Of a stretch of 64,000 bases of DNA, positions 52,230 through 61,585 are shown piece by piece. The stretch's first letter is position 1; each line of letters starts with the position of its first letter. Made by a program: the position numbers and the translations under genes. Source of the DNA: Octopus sinensis. Taxonomy: Eukaryota. The DNA is taken from contig NC_043000.1 in the NCBI RefSeq assembly GCF_006345805.1, positions 24,180,001 through 24,244,000 of the forward strand. The letters are read 5' to 3'. The notes under the pieces were generated by a model. That model was not told where the DNA came from. It made no database searches and saw only the letters and a program-made list of their open reading frames with translations.

Positions 52230-55200
52230 ATATATATATCATTATCCTCATTTAACATCCACTTTCTATGCTGGCATGGGTTGGACAGGAGCCGGCAATT
52301 AGATGTATATGTGTACCCGTGTCTTGACATCATATAATGGTTGTAAATGAGCATTACTGTGAGATATAAGTGATTAAGTCTTCTGTAAAAAAACATGTCT
52401 GGCCAGAGGATATACTACGTTGCATGTAAACAGGTGAGGGTTAGTGACAAGAAGGGCAGCTGGCCATAGAAAGTCTATCTTAGCAAATTCTGTCTGATCT
52501 GTGCAGACATGAAAAAGTGGACATTAAATGATGATCTGTCTCATTCCAATATGCTTTTATAGTTTATGGGCAATTTTTTTTACTGGTTGAAAAAATGAAA
52601 ATAATTATATATTTTTTCATTGACCCTTTAGCATTTAAACAAACTATATCCAGCCTAAACTTTCTGCCCGTTCTATGATAAAACCAGCCAGATCTGGCCT
52701 CTCAGACTTATCCTACAGTGTCGTTCTAAAAATAAACAACTGCATCATTGAAATTCGAAGCTATGAGATAATGCGTAATTAATTCATAAACAATGTAAAT
52801 GTATAAGCATTACACTGGACAGAGTAATCTGAATGTGAAAAATGGTTAAATCTGGTTTATCTGCATTGTTCAATGTGTTTTTTTCATGTCTAAAAAAATT
52901 ATTTATACTTATATGTTAAATTTGTTGTAGCATGTTCACGTTCATGTAATTCCAAGATTTGCTGGTGACTTCTCAGAAAATGATGACATTTACAGAAAGG
53001 TAAATATTGATAACCTTTTGTTATCTCTGAGTATTTAGATATCTATTACTACTTAATAATAATAATAATAATAATGCCAATACATGCAGATAGAGAAATT
53101 AAGGTCTGTAGGCCAGTTATAGTTGTCAGAGATCATCAAGAAAAAAATGCTTTCTAATTGATGTATCAATACCAAGAGATAAGAATGTTTCTCTAAAAGA
53201 AATGGAGAAACTTTCAAACTACAAAGACCTGGAAACAGAGGTAACTCAAATGTGGAGTCTAAAAACGGAAACAATTCTTTTCATAATAGGCGGATTAGGG
53301 ATGATAAAAAATATTCAGACTAATACATAGCAAACACACCAGGACTAACAAATATATATAACATACAGAAAATAGTACTACTAGGCACTGCACACATCCT
53401 ACGTAAAACACTTTCAATACAGTAACAATAAGAGCATCACAACAAACCACAGCACATACCCAAGGCACACAGAGCTGTGCTCAGTAGTGCAGTGAAAGCA
53501 CGTGATAAAAATAATAATGATAATAATAATATTTTACTTGTATGGTTGTATTAATTTTTTTGAACAATTTTTTAATCTTTTATCCCCAAAATTTTCCTTG
53601 CTAAGATTTCCTAAGACTTTCTTCCATCCTGGTCATTTGTTTGTATTATTAATTACCAACGATATCCATGTGGAATCAGTTATTTCATTGTCTATCTAAT
53701 TGCTCTGACACTTCACCATGGTCTCGATCCATTCACACTCAACTGATTTAAGTTCACATTGTACATCTACTGAATTATACAAGCATAGGTAGTGTCTACA
53801 CACGCACCTTTGTTTTGAGATCACCAATACTTTATTATCTCCCCTTCTTTCTAGCTCTCCTGTCAAAACTTTTTTTCCCAATCAGCTGCCATTCCTGCTC
53901 ACTAAAATCCACAAATCTTTTTATTTTCCCTCTGTTTATTTTCTCTTATTCCTTTCTGTTGAAGAGCGTAGGCTCGAAACGTAAAAGACATTCTCACTTT
54001 CCCAAGCATCAGACTAATACACTTGCTTCATTCAGCTGTAAATTTCTGCGTCACGCTGAATTTCCCTGAGAACTACATTAAGGGTACACATGTCAGTGGA
54101 GTGCTCAACCACTTGTATGTTAATTTCATGTACAAGCAGTTCTGTTGATTGTATCAGCTGGGACCCTTGTAGTCATAACCAACAAAGTGCTCATTTATAT
54201 ATATATATATATATATATCAATATTAATGGTAAGACAAGAAAAAAATGAAAGAGACCTCGATATTATGTAAATAGAGGAATTTATCTATACAGATATATA
54301 TATATAACCCCCACCATTTACTGATTTATATATATATTTCTGTATAGATAAATTCCTCTATTTACATAATATATATTCTTGTTTCAGTCATTTGACTGTG
54401 ACCATGCTGGGGCACTGCCTTTAGTTGAGCAAATTGACCCCAGGACTTATTCTTTGAAAGCCTAGTACTTATTCTATTTGCTGAACCACTAAGTTACGGG
54501 GATGTAAACACACCAACATTGGTTGTCAACCGATAGTGGGGGGACAAACACAGACACACACACACACACACTTCTTTCAGTTCCTGTCTATCAAATCCAC
54601 TCAAAAGGCTTTGGTTGGCCTGAGGCTACAGTAGAAGATACTTGCCCAAGGTGTCACACAGTGGAACTGAACCTTGAACCATGTGGTTGGGAAGCAAGCT
54701 ACTTACCACACAGTCATGCTGCACTCATAAAAGTGTGAGACGCTTACAGCGCTTAGGTTTCTCAAACGGTCACCCATCTAAGTACTCACTAGGCTCGATG
54801 TTGCTTAACCCTGGTGATTGGACGAGATCTGGTGCATTCAATGTGATATGGCCGTAAGCAAATATATATATATATATTTTATACCAGATTTCACACTTTC
54901 ATGTTTTAACTTCTCAACAAACACAAGTTGTTTTTAGTTAAAAGAATTCTCCAGATTGACAAAAGCTAGATAGAGTGACTTATTGCTTGCTAAATGCTTC
55001 TCCTGTAGTTTCCTCACTAGGGCATTAGCGAAACCCCTTTTTGGCATAAACTTGAACTGCATCTCTCATCTAGGCCAATCCATTTCCTAATCAGTTGTAC
55101 TGAAACACTTTAAGTAACAGTCACAATGTAATTTATTAGTTTGATGCAATTGTAGTTGTCTCTTTCTAGAGCATTTCCTTTGTCCTTGTAGCGGTTGATA

Positions 55201-58200
55201 ATGATACTGCTCCACCAGTCATAGTGTATAGTGGCTTCTTGTGCTTCCTAATTGACTGTGCATGTTCTACTTCAGATATTTTAAGCATCTCAGCAGCTAT
55301 CCCTGATTCTTCATGTTTCCCTGCACCAACTGATCTTGGCCATTTGCCAGCCTCCTCTGACCCCTGTGCCGGTGGCACGTAAAAAGCACCCACTACACTC
55401 ATGGAGTGGTTGGCGTTAGGAAGGGCATCTAGCTGTAGAAACACTGCCAGATCAGACTGGGCCTGGTGCAGCCTTCTGGCTTCCCAGACCCCAGTCGAAC
55501 TGTCTAACTCATGCTAGCATGGAAAACAGACGTTAAACGATGATGTATCTGCAAGGGCAAGTGTGCTATTATCATTCCATATACACACCTCTTCATACCA
55601 CTGCAGCTGCCTTTTCTATGTATTTTCATGCAGGATGATGTCATACATCAATAAAATCATGCTTCTTTCATTTCTGTATAGTCTCTAATGGCACGGGCAT
55701 TGCTTTATGATTAAGAAGGTCATTGGTTTCAGTTCCATCCTTAACAAATGAACAAGGTTGTTCATTATCAACAACACTTAGAACTTATCAGACTTCTTTG
55801 GTATATTTTTCCTTGGTCGGCTTTATCTTCACAATACTTATGTCACCTTGATAACAGAAACTAACTGCAACTTGTGAACTTCTGTTATATCTAAATGCTC
55901 TGGCTGATATGGTGTATCTAAAGTCCTGGCTTTCTATTAGTCTTTTTGAGATCCCACTGCACTTGTTTGTTGTATAACTAAAGGTCAGTTCTGATTGAGC
56001 AGGCTTATGAAATACAATAAATAGTCAGTCAGAGATGCAGCATTGAGGATGAATGAAGCCAGCTCAACCCACCCCGGGTGAATGCTGCAAGACAGACACA
56101 GTCAGACAACTTGGCGCAACCCATGTATCTGTTATTCTGTATATAGCATGTGTCCACTGTGTTCAGTACCATACTGCACACTCTGATACGCTGTGATGAA
56201 TTGCATAGAGTACAATGCAGTGCTCTGGACATGCATTATGTAAACATTTTTATATAAATAGATAATTCCAGTTAACATGTTGGTCCTGGCGTATAACCCA
56301 TTTGTTGTTGTGGTTGTTCTTATAAGTTATAAGTTCAATGCTGCATTTTGAATTGAAGTGGCCAAAATGGCCACTTCAACTGACAGATGATGTGAAACTT
56401 CTGGGAAGAACTTGGGTCATGAAGATTACAACTTGGGTAAATTTGGTAGAGCAGTTTGCATTCTATTTAGAATATGTCTCCACATCAAAAACAACTCCAT
56501 AGGAACCAGCATATAATTGTGCAAGACTTTGGCTGAGTTCGATCAGTTGTCTGCTTCTCTTTTGGTTAGAAACCTACAAGGTTTTGTGTAATCTTCAACA
56601 TTTGGATTACTCTCTCAAATTCAATGATTATTTATTCACTTTCTTTTGAATTAACCAGGCATGTAAATGTTTACTTTTAGAATGACATTGTAGGGTTGGT
56701 GTGAAGGACCAGATCTTACTAATTTGAACATAAAACGGGTAGAATATTTGACCTAAATTTATTTTTTTTTATCTATACTTTTTAAGCCTGTTTTATTGTT
56801 TTTTTTATGGCCTATTCCATTATATTTTTTCTGTTACAGTCTAGATCTCTACATTAAACCATCTTTTATCACAGCCTAACTAATCTTTATATTATTCAGA
56901 CATTAACCACATTGATTTCATTGGTCTTGGAGTGCCCACAGAGGCCATGAGTATTGCCTCTCCACCCCACCACACTTCTAAAAAAAAAAATAATTCATCT
57001 GGTGGCACGTAAAAAGCACCATCCGAATGTGGCCGATGCCAGCGCTGCCATTGGCTGGCTTCTGTGCCGGTGGTACATAAAAAGCACCAACCAATTATGC
57101 ATGTTGCCAGCCTCCTTGCCCCTGTGCCAGTGGCACATAAAAAGCACCAACCAATCGTGGCCGTTGCCAGCCTTCTGGCCACTGTGCTGGTGGCACGTGA
57201 AAAGCACCAACCAATTGTGGCCGTTGCTAGCCTCCTGTCCCCTGTGACGGTGGCATGTAAAAAGCACCAACCGATCGTGACTGTTGCCAGCCTCCTGGCC
57301 CCTGTGCTAGTGGCACGTAAAAAGCACCCACTACACTCACATAGTGGTTGGTGTTAGGAAGGGCATCCAGCTGTAGAAACACTGCCTGATCAGACTGGAG
57401 CCTGGTGCAGCTTCTGGCTTCCCAGACTCCGGTTGAACCGTCCAACCCATGCTAGCATGGAAAACGGATGTTAAACAATGATGATGATGATGATGATACA
57501 TTACCAAGAAGCTATCCGTCCCTGACACAGATTGTTGCAGTTCTCAAACTCAGAAGAATATTTCTGTATTTCTAAACTGTTCTCAGTGTAAACATACACC
57601 AAAAATTTGAATTAAGGACTACATTCCTTATTTGTTTTCTTTACCATTTGTGTAATTGAGTTCCTGATCAAAGTAAAGCCAAACGAAACCCCATCTCTAG
57701 TTGACAGATGTAAATATTAAAATATTTCAGATTTGCAACTCAAACACCTGAAAACCTTACCTTTTGTGTAATTGAAGACGAAGCTTATGATACAGCTAGT
57801 TGTGTAATATGACCTTAACAAACACCAATTACAATATCTCTGTTATCTATGCTTTAAGTAGTTCTTTTTACAAATCTGTTACCCCTGTCTGTATAGCATA
57901 TCTCCAGTGTACAGTTTCTGATAAACTTAACCTGAAATTGAGATGGGAGTTACCTTTTACATTTTTGCCACTTATCAGTGTACCAATGCATATTGTGCCA
58001 TCATTCTTATCTAAGCTGAAGAATTTACATTTGTGTTGTTTGCTAGTAATCAAGTACTCCTGCATTGGTTTTGTATAACTTGTGTGCACTTTAAAAGTTC
58101 TACTACTACTATTTCTTCATTTACTTTATCATCCACTGTGTTTATTCTGGCAAACACCAATTAAGTTCATGCTGAACCGAATCTGTAACTGAAGCTGGAA

Positions 58201-59620
58201 TTTAATTTAAAGTTGAAGCATGTTTCACTTATTGCTAATGTCATTAGATTCAGTATGAAGTTACAAATTCCAGTTCACATTCACCTTTTAAGAAAATTAA
58301 GAGAATGAAAACGAGAAGATTGTTGTTTTGTTTATTGGGTGATGATAGCTAGAAGGGTCACTCAAAGCTTACATGTATCGTGGCACTCCATCAGTTATGA
58401 CGACGAGGATTTCAGTTGATCTGATCAACGGAACAGCCAGCTTGTGAGATTAATGTACAAGTGGTGGAGCACTCCACAGACATGTGTACCTTTAAGGTAG
58501 TTCTTGGGAGATTCAGTGTGACAAGGCTGGCCCTTTGAAATACAGGTACAACAAAAAACAGGAAGAAAGAGTGAGAGAAAGTAGTGGTGAAATAGTACAG
58601 CAGGGTTCACCACTGCCCCCTGCCAGAGCCTTGTGGAACTTTAGGTGTTTTTGCTCAATAAACATTCACAACGGCTGGTCTGGGAAACGAAACCGTGATC
58701 CTATGACCACAAGTCCACTGCCCTAACCACTGGACCATTGCACCTCCACTTACATCTATAGTAGTGGTTCTCATGACCTTTGGGTGCCTATATAAGATTT
58801 AGTTAATATGCAATGAATTAGTTATACTTCAATAATACACAAAATATTATTTTTTTATACAGTTGCTTATGATATTTAATTCTAAAAATATAAGTAAAAT
58901 AGTGATCCAGTAAAATAAGAGGAGTCAAAGGGATCATCAGGCAAAAAAAGGTTGAGAACCACTGAGCTATACTGTAGTTGTTATGTCATCTCATCGGTCA
59001 GGTGTAATGTCCAAAGGCATGGTTTTCCTTTAAACTTCCTTGTTCACCATTCACAGTACCTTATCTTCTAGCATATATCATATCCATACAGTCATAACCA
59101 TTATCTGTTTCTTTATTACCCACAAGGGACTAAACATAGAGGGGACAAACAAGGACAGACAAACGGATTAAGTCGATTACATCGACCCAAGTGCGTAACT
59201 GGTACTTAATTTATCGACCCTGAATCGATGAAAGGCAAAGTCAACCTCGGTGGAATTTGAACTCAGAACGTAGCGACGGGCGAAATACTGTGAAGCACTT
59301 CGCCTGGCGTGCTAACGTCTTTGCCAGCTCGCCGCCTTATACTGTCATAACCATTATCTCCTGCATACACATATCATTAGAATTGCTTTTACAATTTGCT
59401 TGAACTTTTCAAATTGCATGATATAATTTTTTTTTACGTGAAATGAAAATAAATGTTCATATTTAATTTGCCTTTATATATTTCTACATAGAGATGTATA
59501 TGTGTGTATTTTTTCTGTTTATAGCTGCAGGAAAAGCCTGTTCAAGGCAAAACACTAAAGCTTAAAACTACGGAAGAAATGGAAGCAGAGGCCAGAGTAC
59601 TTCGTACTTACTTTACGTAG
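9174..59620 (+). CDS. NitFhit: NitFhit fusion protein (Nit1-type nitrilase/deaminated-glutathione amidase + Fhit diadenosine triphosphate hydrolase); 11 coding exons, 1419 nt, 472 aa
   Basis: Manual splicing gives one open frame: 9174-9211, 34109-34295, 35181-35336, 37639-37833, 40617-40727, 42947-43048, 45775-45937, 49936-50061, 50831-51006, 52931-52999, 59525-59620. All junctions are GT..AG with matching phases. Nitrilase triad motifs [14 protein letters not shown]|CYDLRFPE; Fhit motifs [47 protein letters not shown]. Confidence 0.95.
9828..10430 (+). mobile_element. Head-to-tail pair of Helitron/HINE-like elements separated by (TCTA)n
   Basis: Two diverged ~290-bp units starting tatataa(a)..gagaatgt(ctgt)n..aaaactc..ccgatttcatccaaatttt. 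Confidence 0.55.
10764..10863. other. Assembly gap (100 N)
   Basis: Run of N between a family-B and a family-C repeat; the true length of intron 1 is therefore uncertain. Confidence 1.
11242..11319 (-). ncRNA. Type-I hammerhead ribozyme in the 3' pLTR of the PLE
   Basis: GCGG-CUGAAGA-AGGCC-[41 nt]-GGCCC-GAAAC-AUAU-GUA^CCGC; palindromic stem III ACAUAUGU; A.C mismatch at the first pair of stem II. Confidence 0.8.
15681..15758 (+). ncRNA. Type-I hammerhead ribozyme in the inverted 5' pLTR of the PLE
   Basis: GCGG(15681-84)-CUGAAGA-AGGCC-[41 nt]-GGCCU-GAAAC-AUAU-GUA^CCGC; all three stems close; predicted cut after 15754. Confidence 0.85.
15796..16385. repeat. Complex (TA)n / TATACATG microsatellite abutting the PLE end
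   Basis: Direct inspection. Confidence 0.95.
18069..18373 (-). mobile_element. tRNA-headed, hammerhead-containing short element with an inverted copy of its own 3' tail at the 5' end
   Basis: Minus strand: inverted tail copy 18373-18321; tRNA-like head 18318-18244 (A box TGGCGTAGTGG, B box GAGTTCGATTCC); (AAT)n spacer; HHR 18169-18124; tail 18123-18069. Confidence 0.8.
18124..18169 (-). ncRNA. Minimal type-I hammerhead ribozyme
   Basis: GACAC-CUGAUGA-A-GGCUG-gagggUaUaU-CAGCC-GAAAC-GUU^GUGUU; loopless palindromic stem III (ACGU), so it can only form in a dimer. Confidence 0.85.
21050..22830 (+). mobile_element. CR1-clade LINE, 5'-truncated ORF2 (RT) pseudogene
   Basis: [75 protein letters not shown]; several stops and frameshifts; tail aaataacttaact; clearly more GC-rich than its flanks. 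Confidence 0.92.
26985..27720 (+). mobile_element. R4/Dong-like LINE 3' end (RLE domain + 3' UTR)
   Basis: [31 protein letters not shown]..; a zinc-knuckle fragment, probably of the same family (FAIQEEQ..C....HV), lies at ~7970-8255. Confidence 0.75.
29381..29601. mobile_element. piggyBac-type MITE
   Basis: TTAA|CCCTTTAG ... CTAAAGGG|TTAA; decayed or partial copies near 40380-40552, 52625-52848 and 56660-56750. Confidence 0.8.
32699..32778 (-). ncRNA. Type-I hammerhead ribozyme (left arm)
   Basis: UUC-CUGAAGA-GAAAG.CACAAU-loop-AUUGUG.CUUUC-GAAAC-GCGU-GUA^GAA. Confidence 0.85.
33548..33627 (+). ncRNA. Type-I hammerhead ribozyme (right arm)
   Basis: UUC(33548-50)-CUGAAGA-GAAAG-A-CACAAU-loop-AUUGUG-C-CUUUC-GAAAC-ACGU-GUA^GAA; palindromic stem III ACACGUGU; predicted cut after 33624. 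Confidence 0.87.
34109..34295 (+). CDS. NitFhit: NitFhit exon 2 ([47 protein letters not shown]...GVQ)
   Basis: Acceptor catttcag, donor GTAGGT; [14 protein letters not shown] is the Nit N-terminal strand; second in-frame ATG at 34158. Confidence 0.93.
35181..35336 (+). CDS. NitFhit: NitFhit exon 3 ([10 protein letters not shown]...[10 protein letters not shown]; catalytic Glu)
   Basis: atttcag acceptor, GTACGT donor, 52 codons, FLPE motif. Confidence 0.95.
35505..35748 (-). mobile_element. SINE family D (tRNA-like head, CORE-like segment, gcgatggactggcgtcc domain)
   Basis: Head tggcttagtggttagg..ggtttcaattcc; related copies at ~40887-41190 (+) and ~58378-58748 (-, different tail). Confidence 0.7.
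37639..37833 (+). CDS. NitFhit: NitFhit exon 4 ([17 protein letters not shown]...YEKIHMFD...GKVGLGI; catalytic Lys)
   Basis: actttcag acceptor; donor GTATCCTTTT (U12-type); 65 codons. Confidence 0.95.
37834..40616 (+). other. U12-type (minor) GT-AG intron, NitFhit intron 4
   Basis: 5' GTATCCTTTT; branch site TTCCTTGAT at 40599-40607; about 10 nt to the 3' AG, with only a short U-rich spacer. Confidence 0.88.
39281..39671 (+). mobile_element. Non-autonomous Helitron-like element
   Basis: A|TCTCTCTATATATAAAG start; GC-rich subterminal ..caacaccgggcgatactg followed by terminal CTAG. Confidence 0.6.
40617..40727 (+). CDS. NitFhit: NitFhit exon 5 (CYDLRFPEL...[15 protein letters not shown]; catalytic Cys)
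   Basis: Preceded by U12 branch site TTCCTTGAT and tttgag acceptor; donor GTAAGT; 37 codons. Confidence 0.95.
40742..41263. mobile_element. piggyBac-type MITE with a nested SINE
   Basis: TTAA|CCCTTTT ... AAAAGGG|TTAA; family-D SINE inside; starts 14 nt after the exon 5 donor. Confidence 0.7.
42209..42568. repeat. 24-bp minisatellite, 15 units (CTAGCCATCTGGTTCCTCCACCCT)
   Basis: Direct unit counting; explains the repetitive ORFs at 42083-42672. Confidence 0.95.
42947..43048 (+). CDS. NitFhit: NitFhit exon 6 ([34 protein letters not shown])
   Basis: ttccag acceptor, GTGAGA donor; [22 protein letters not shown] is typical Nit1. Too short to appear in the ORF track. Confidence 0.95.
43866..44224 (+). 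mobile_element. SINE family B (tRNA-like head + CORE-like accttgggcaagt domain, internal (TA)/(TG) tract), representative copy
   Basis: tggctgtgtggtaag..ccgggttcagttcc head; tail ..cagcatggccgcagtcaaatgactgaaacaag. More copies near 8273, 9582, 10570, 16410, 26590, 27950, 32290, 35931, 37134, 38485, 49420, 51775, 54380. Confidence 0.85.
44948..45183 (+). mobile_element. SINE family A (tRNA-like head + Deu/Nin-like central domain), representative copy
   Basis: ggcgagctggcagaa.cgttagc..gagttcaaattcc head; gtcgactttgcctttcatcctttcggggtcgataaataagtacc core. More copies near 2170, 3800, 18795, 19438, 19610, 20305, 23300, 24690-25210, 29930-30326, 30896, 45349, 47745, 59112. Confidence 0.85.
45775..45937 (+). 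CDS. NitFhit: NitFhit exon 7 ([12 protein letters not shown]...[12 protein letters not shown]...)
   Basis: caacag acceptor, GTAAGA donor, phase 1; DPWG and HRRNDLY Nit C-terminal motifs. Confidence 0.95.
46422..46693. repeat. Near-perfect foldback palindrome (~126-bp arms, ~14-nt loop)
   Basis: 46422-46547 is the reverse complement of 46562-46693 apart from about two substitutions and a 6-bp indel. Confidence 0.9.
47204..47287 (-). ncRNA. Type-I hammerhead ribozyme in a short repeat ending at (TA)n
   Basis: UACC-CUGAUGA-GAUUGGUGC-[39 nt]-GCAUCUAUU-GAAAC-AUAU-GUA^GGUA; stem II has 2 G.U pairs and 1 mismatch; stem III palindrome ACAUAUGU. Confidence 0.8.
48199..48403. mobile_element. Tc1/mariner (pogo/Tigger-type) MITE
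   Basis: TA|CAGTAATCC ... GGATTACTC|TA. Confidence 0.7.
49936..50061 (+). CDS. NitFhit: NitFhit exon 8 (linker + Fhit start: [14 protein letters not shown]...[10 protein letters not shown])
   Basis: ttttcactag acceptor (an in-frame alternative AG ends at 49950); donor GTATCCTTTA (U12-type). Confidence 0.93.
50062..50830 (+). other. U12-type (minor) GT-AG intron, NitFhit intron 8
   Basis: 5' GTATCCTTTA; branch site TTTCTTAAC at 50811-50819; splits the His codon (C|AT) of PGH. Confidence 0.88.
50831..51006 (+). CDS. NitFhit: NitFhit exon 9 ([13 protein letters not shown]...[13 protein letters not shown])
   Basis: U12-like branch site TTTCTTAAC 11 nt before the AG; donor GTAAGA; Fhit QDG..AGQ.V motif. 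Confidence 0.95.
52931..52999 (+). CDS. NitFhit: NitFhit exon 10 ([23 protein letters not shown]; histidine triad)
   Basis: ttgtag acceptor, GTAAAT donor, HxHxH triad intact. Confidence 0.96.
53080..53510 (+). mobile_element. R4/Dong-like LINE 3' fragment inserted in (TAA)n
   Basis: [51 protein letters not shown]; (TAA)n on both sides. Confidence 0.82.
53952..53987 (+). ncRNA. Hammerhead-like motif with core substitution (CUGUUGA)
   Basis: CUUU-CUGUUGA-A-GAGC-GUAG-GCUC-GAAAC-GUA^AAAG; all stems close but A6 is replaced by U. A more decayed copy of the same ~170-bp repeat lies at ~4400-4580 (-), motif ~4497-4533. Confidence 0.6.
54742..54859 (-). rRNA. Dispersed 5S rRNA copy (probably a pseudogene) in NitFhit intron 10
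   Basis: Reverse complement GCTTACGGCCATATCACATTGAATGCACCAGATCTCGTCCAATCACC..GTTAAGCAAC..TAGTGAGTACTTAGATGGGTGACC..GCTGTAAGC (118 nt) matches the metazoan 5S layout; TTTT follows about 10 nt downstream; box C reads TTAGATGG instead of TTGGATGG. Confidence 0.85.
55130..55340 (-). mobile_element. RTE-clade RT fragment
   Basis: SGIAAEMLK...[19 protein letters not shown] across frameshifts. Confidence 0.6.
56995..57497 (+). mobile_element. Repeat family C (internal ~55-bp tandem modules, ggaagggcatccagctgtagaaa domain, (GAT)n tail), representative copy
   Basis: Tail ccgtccaacccatgctagcatggaaaacggacgttaaacgatgatgat. More copies near 4590-5025, 10864, 17130, 17550, 28850, 34570, 39740, 39935, 43130, 44450, 48900, 55350, 59880, 60595-61640. 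Confidence 0.85.
58762..58964. mobile_element. hAT-type MITE
   Basis: TAGTGGTTCTCA ... TGAGAACCACTG; 8-bp flanks atctatag / agctatac (6/8 match). Confidence 0.7.
59525..59620 (+). CDS. NitFhit: NitFhit exon 11 ([31 protein letters not shown])
   Basis: tttatag acceptor; resembles the Fhit C-terminal helix (EEM.AEA..LR.YF); TAG at 59618-59620. Confidence 0.93.
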   Translation: MQEKPVQGKTLKLKTTEEMEAEARVLRTYFT

Positions 59621-61174
59621 GACATTTTAAACAGACCTGCCTACTGGAAGCATATAGGTAGGTCCTTATGTTAATACTTTAACCGTTTTCTGAGTAAGTG
59701 GAATGACTTTACAAGATTGTGTAAAGGGCATTATGTGGCAGAATAACATTTCTGAGATCATATTTCTTACAAGAAACTGTTTTGCTTCCAGTCAACTTTC
59801 TCAATAATCAAATTTAGTGGAAGAACTCTAAATTAAGTGTCCTTAAAAAAACAAATAGAAGCCCCAGCCCATTCAAAGTGCCTTGGATCGCAGGACAGCC
59901 TGCTGTGCTTACCTTGGATCGTAGGGCGACCTGCTGTGCTTGAGGAGACCTATTGAGTCAAGTACATCAACATCAAATGGAAATTGTAGTTGTGATACCT
60001 GTGCTGGTGGCACGTAAAAAGCACCAACCGATCATGACCATTGCCAGCCTCCCCTGGCACCTATGCCAGTGGCACCCACTACACTCATGGAGTGGTTGGC
60101 GTTAAGAAGAGCATCCAGCTGTAGAAACACTGCCAGATCAGGCTGGAGCCTGGTGTAGCCTCCTAGCTTCCCGGACCCCAGCCAAACCATCCAACCCATG
60201 CTAGCATGGAAAACGGACGTTAAACGATGATGATGAATGTAACATTTACTTCCTGAAATTTAGTGTAATCAATCATATAGTAAGTTTCTGATTGAAATTT
60301 TAACTAAAATCTCTGTATACTCTAGCCATATATTAAATATTTGATGCTTTCAATTCCATATTATCTCTACTTAAAGCAGATTATTCTTTTGTTATACCAT
60401 TTAAAGACCTTTTGCCTGAAAGTGAGTCTCTTACCTTTGTGTAAAGGTTTCTACATTTTACTTTCACAATGATCCAAAACTATTACTTTTAGTGCAGGAA
60501 TACAATAGTTTATACTCTATTAGATCTATCAATACTGAAATGGCTGCTAATTTGACAATTTTTTTTATCGTGGTTTTGATAGTATCATCATCACATCATC
60601 ATCATCATCATCATTTAGCGTCCGTTTTCAATGCTAGCATGGGTTGGACGGTTTCAACTGGGGCTGGGGAGCCCGAAGGCTGCACCAGGCCAGTCAGATC
60701 TGGCAGTGTTTCTACAGCTGGATGCCCTTCCTAACGCCAACCACTCCGAGAGTGTAGGGTGATTTTATGTGCCACCGACACAGGTGCCAGACGAGGCTGG
60801 CGAACGGCCACGCTCGGATGGTGTTTTTATGTGCCACCGACACAGGTGCCAGACGAGGCTGGCAGACGGCCACGCTCGGATGGTGTTTTTATGTGCCACC
60901 GACACAGGTGCCAGATGAGGCTGGCAGGTGCCAGACGAGGTGGCAGACGGCCACGCTCGGATGGTGTTTTTATGTGCCACCGACACGGTGCCAGATGAGG
61001 CTGGCGGACGGCCACGATCGGATGGTGTTGTTACGTCCCCAAAGCACGGAGGCCAGTCTTGCGGTACTGGCTACGGCCACGTTCGGATGATTTTCTTTGT
61101 GTGCCACCGGCACTGGTACCACAAAGATACAAATTCCATTTATGCTCATCTATTTTGATTTGTTTGATTTGATT

Positions 61175-61585
61175 TGATTTTCACTTGCCTCAACAGGTCT
61201 TCACAAGTGTCACTTGCCTCAACAGGTCTTCACAAGTGTCACAAGAAGAAGGTATGCACAGGTGGACTGTCTACGTCGCGGGGTCTTCGGATGGTGTCTT
61301 TATGTGCCACCGACAGGTGCCAGATGTGGCTGGCGAACGGCCACGATGGATGGTTTTCTTGTGTGCCACCGGTACTGGAACCACAAAGATACAAATTCCA
61401 TTGATGTTCATCTATTTTGATTTGGTTGATTTTCACTTGCCTCAACAGGTCTTCACAAGTGTCACGCGTGTCACACACTTGCCTCAACAGGTCTCCACAA
61501 GTGTCACACACTTGCCTCTGCCTCAACAGGTCTTCACAAAGTGTCACACACTTGCCTCTGCCTCAACAGGTCTTCACAAGTGTCA
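61175..61585. repeat. ~30-bp tandem repeat (CACTTGCCTCAACAGGTCTTCACAAGTGTCA) in the 5' part of a family-C element
   Basis: About 6-7 interspersed units. Confidence 0.8.
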
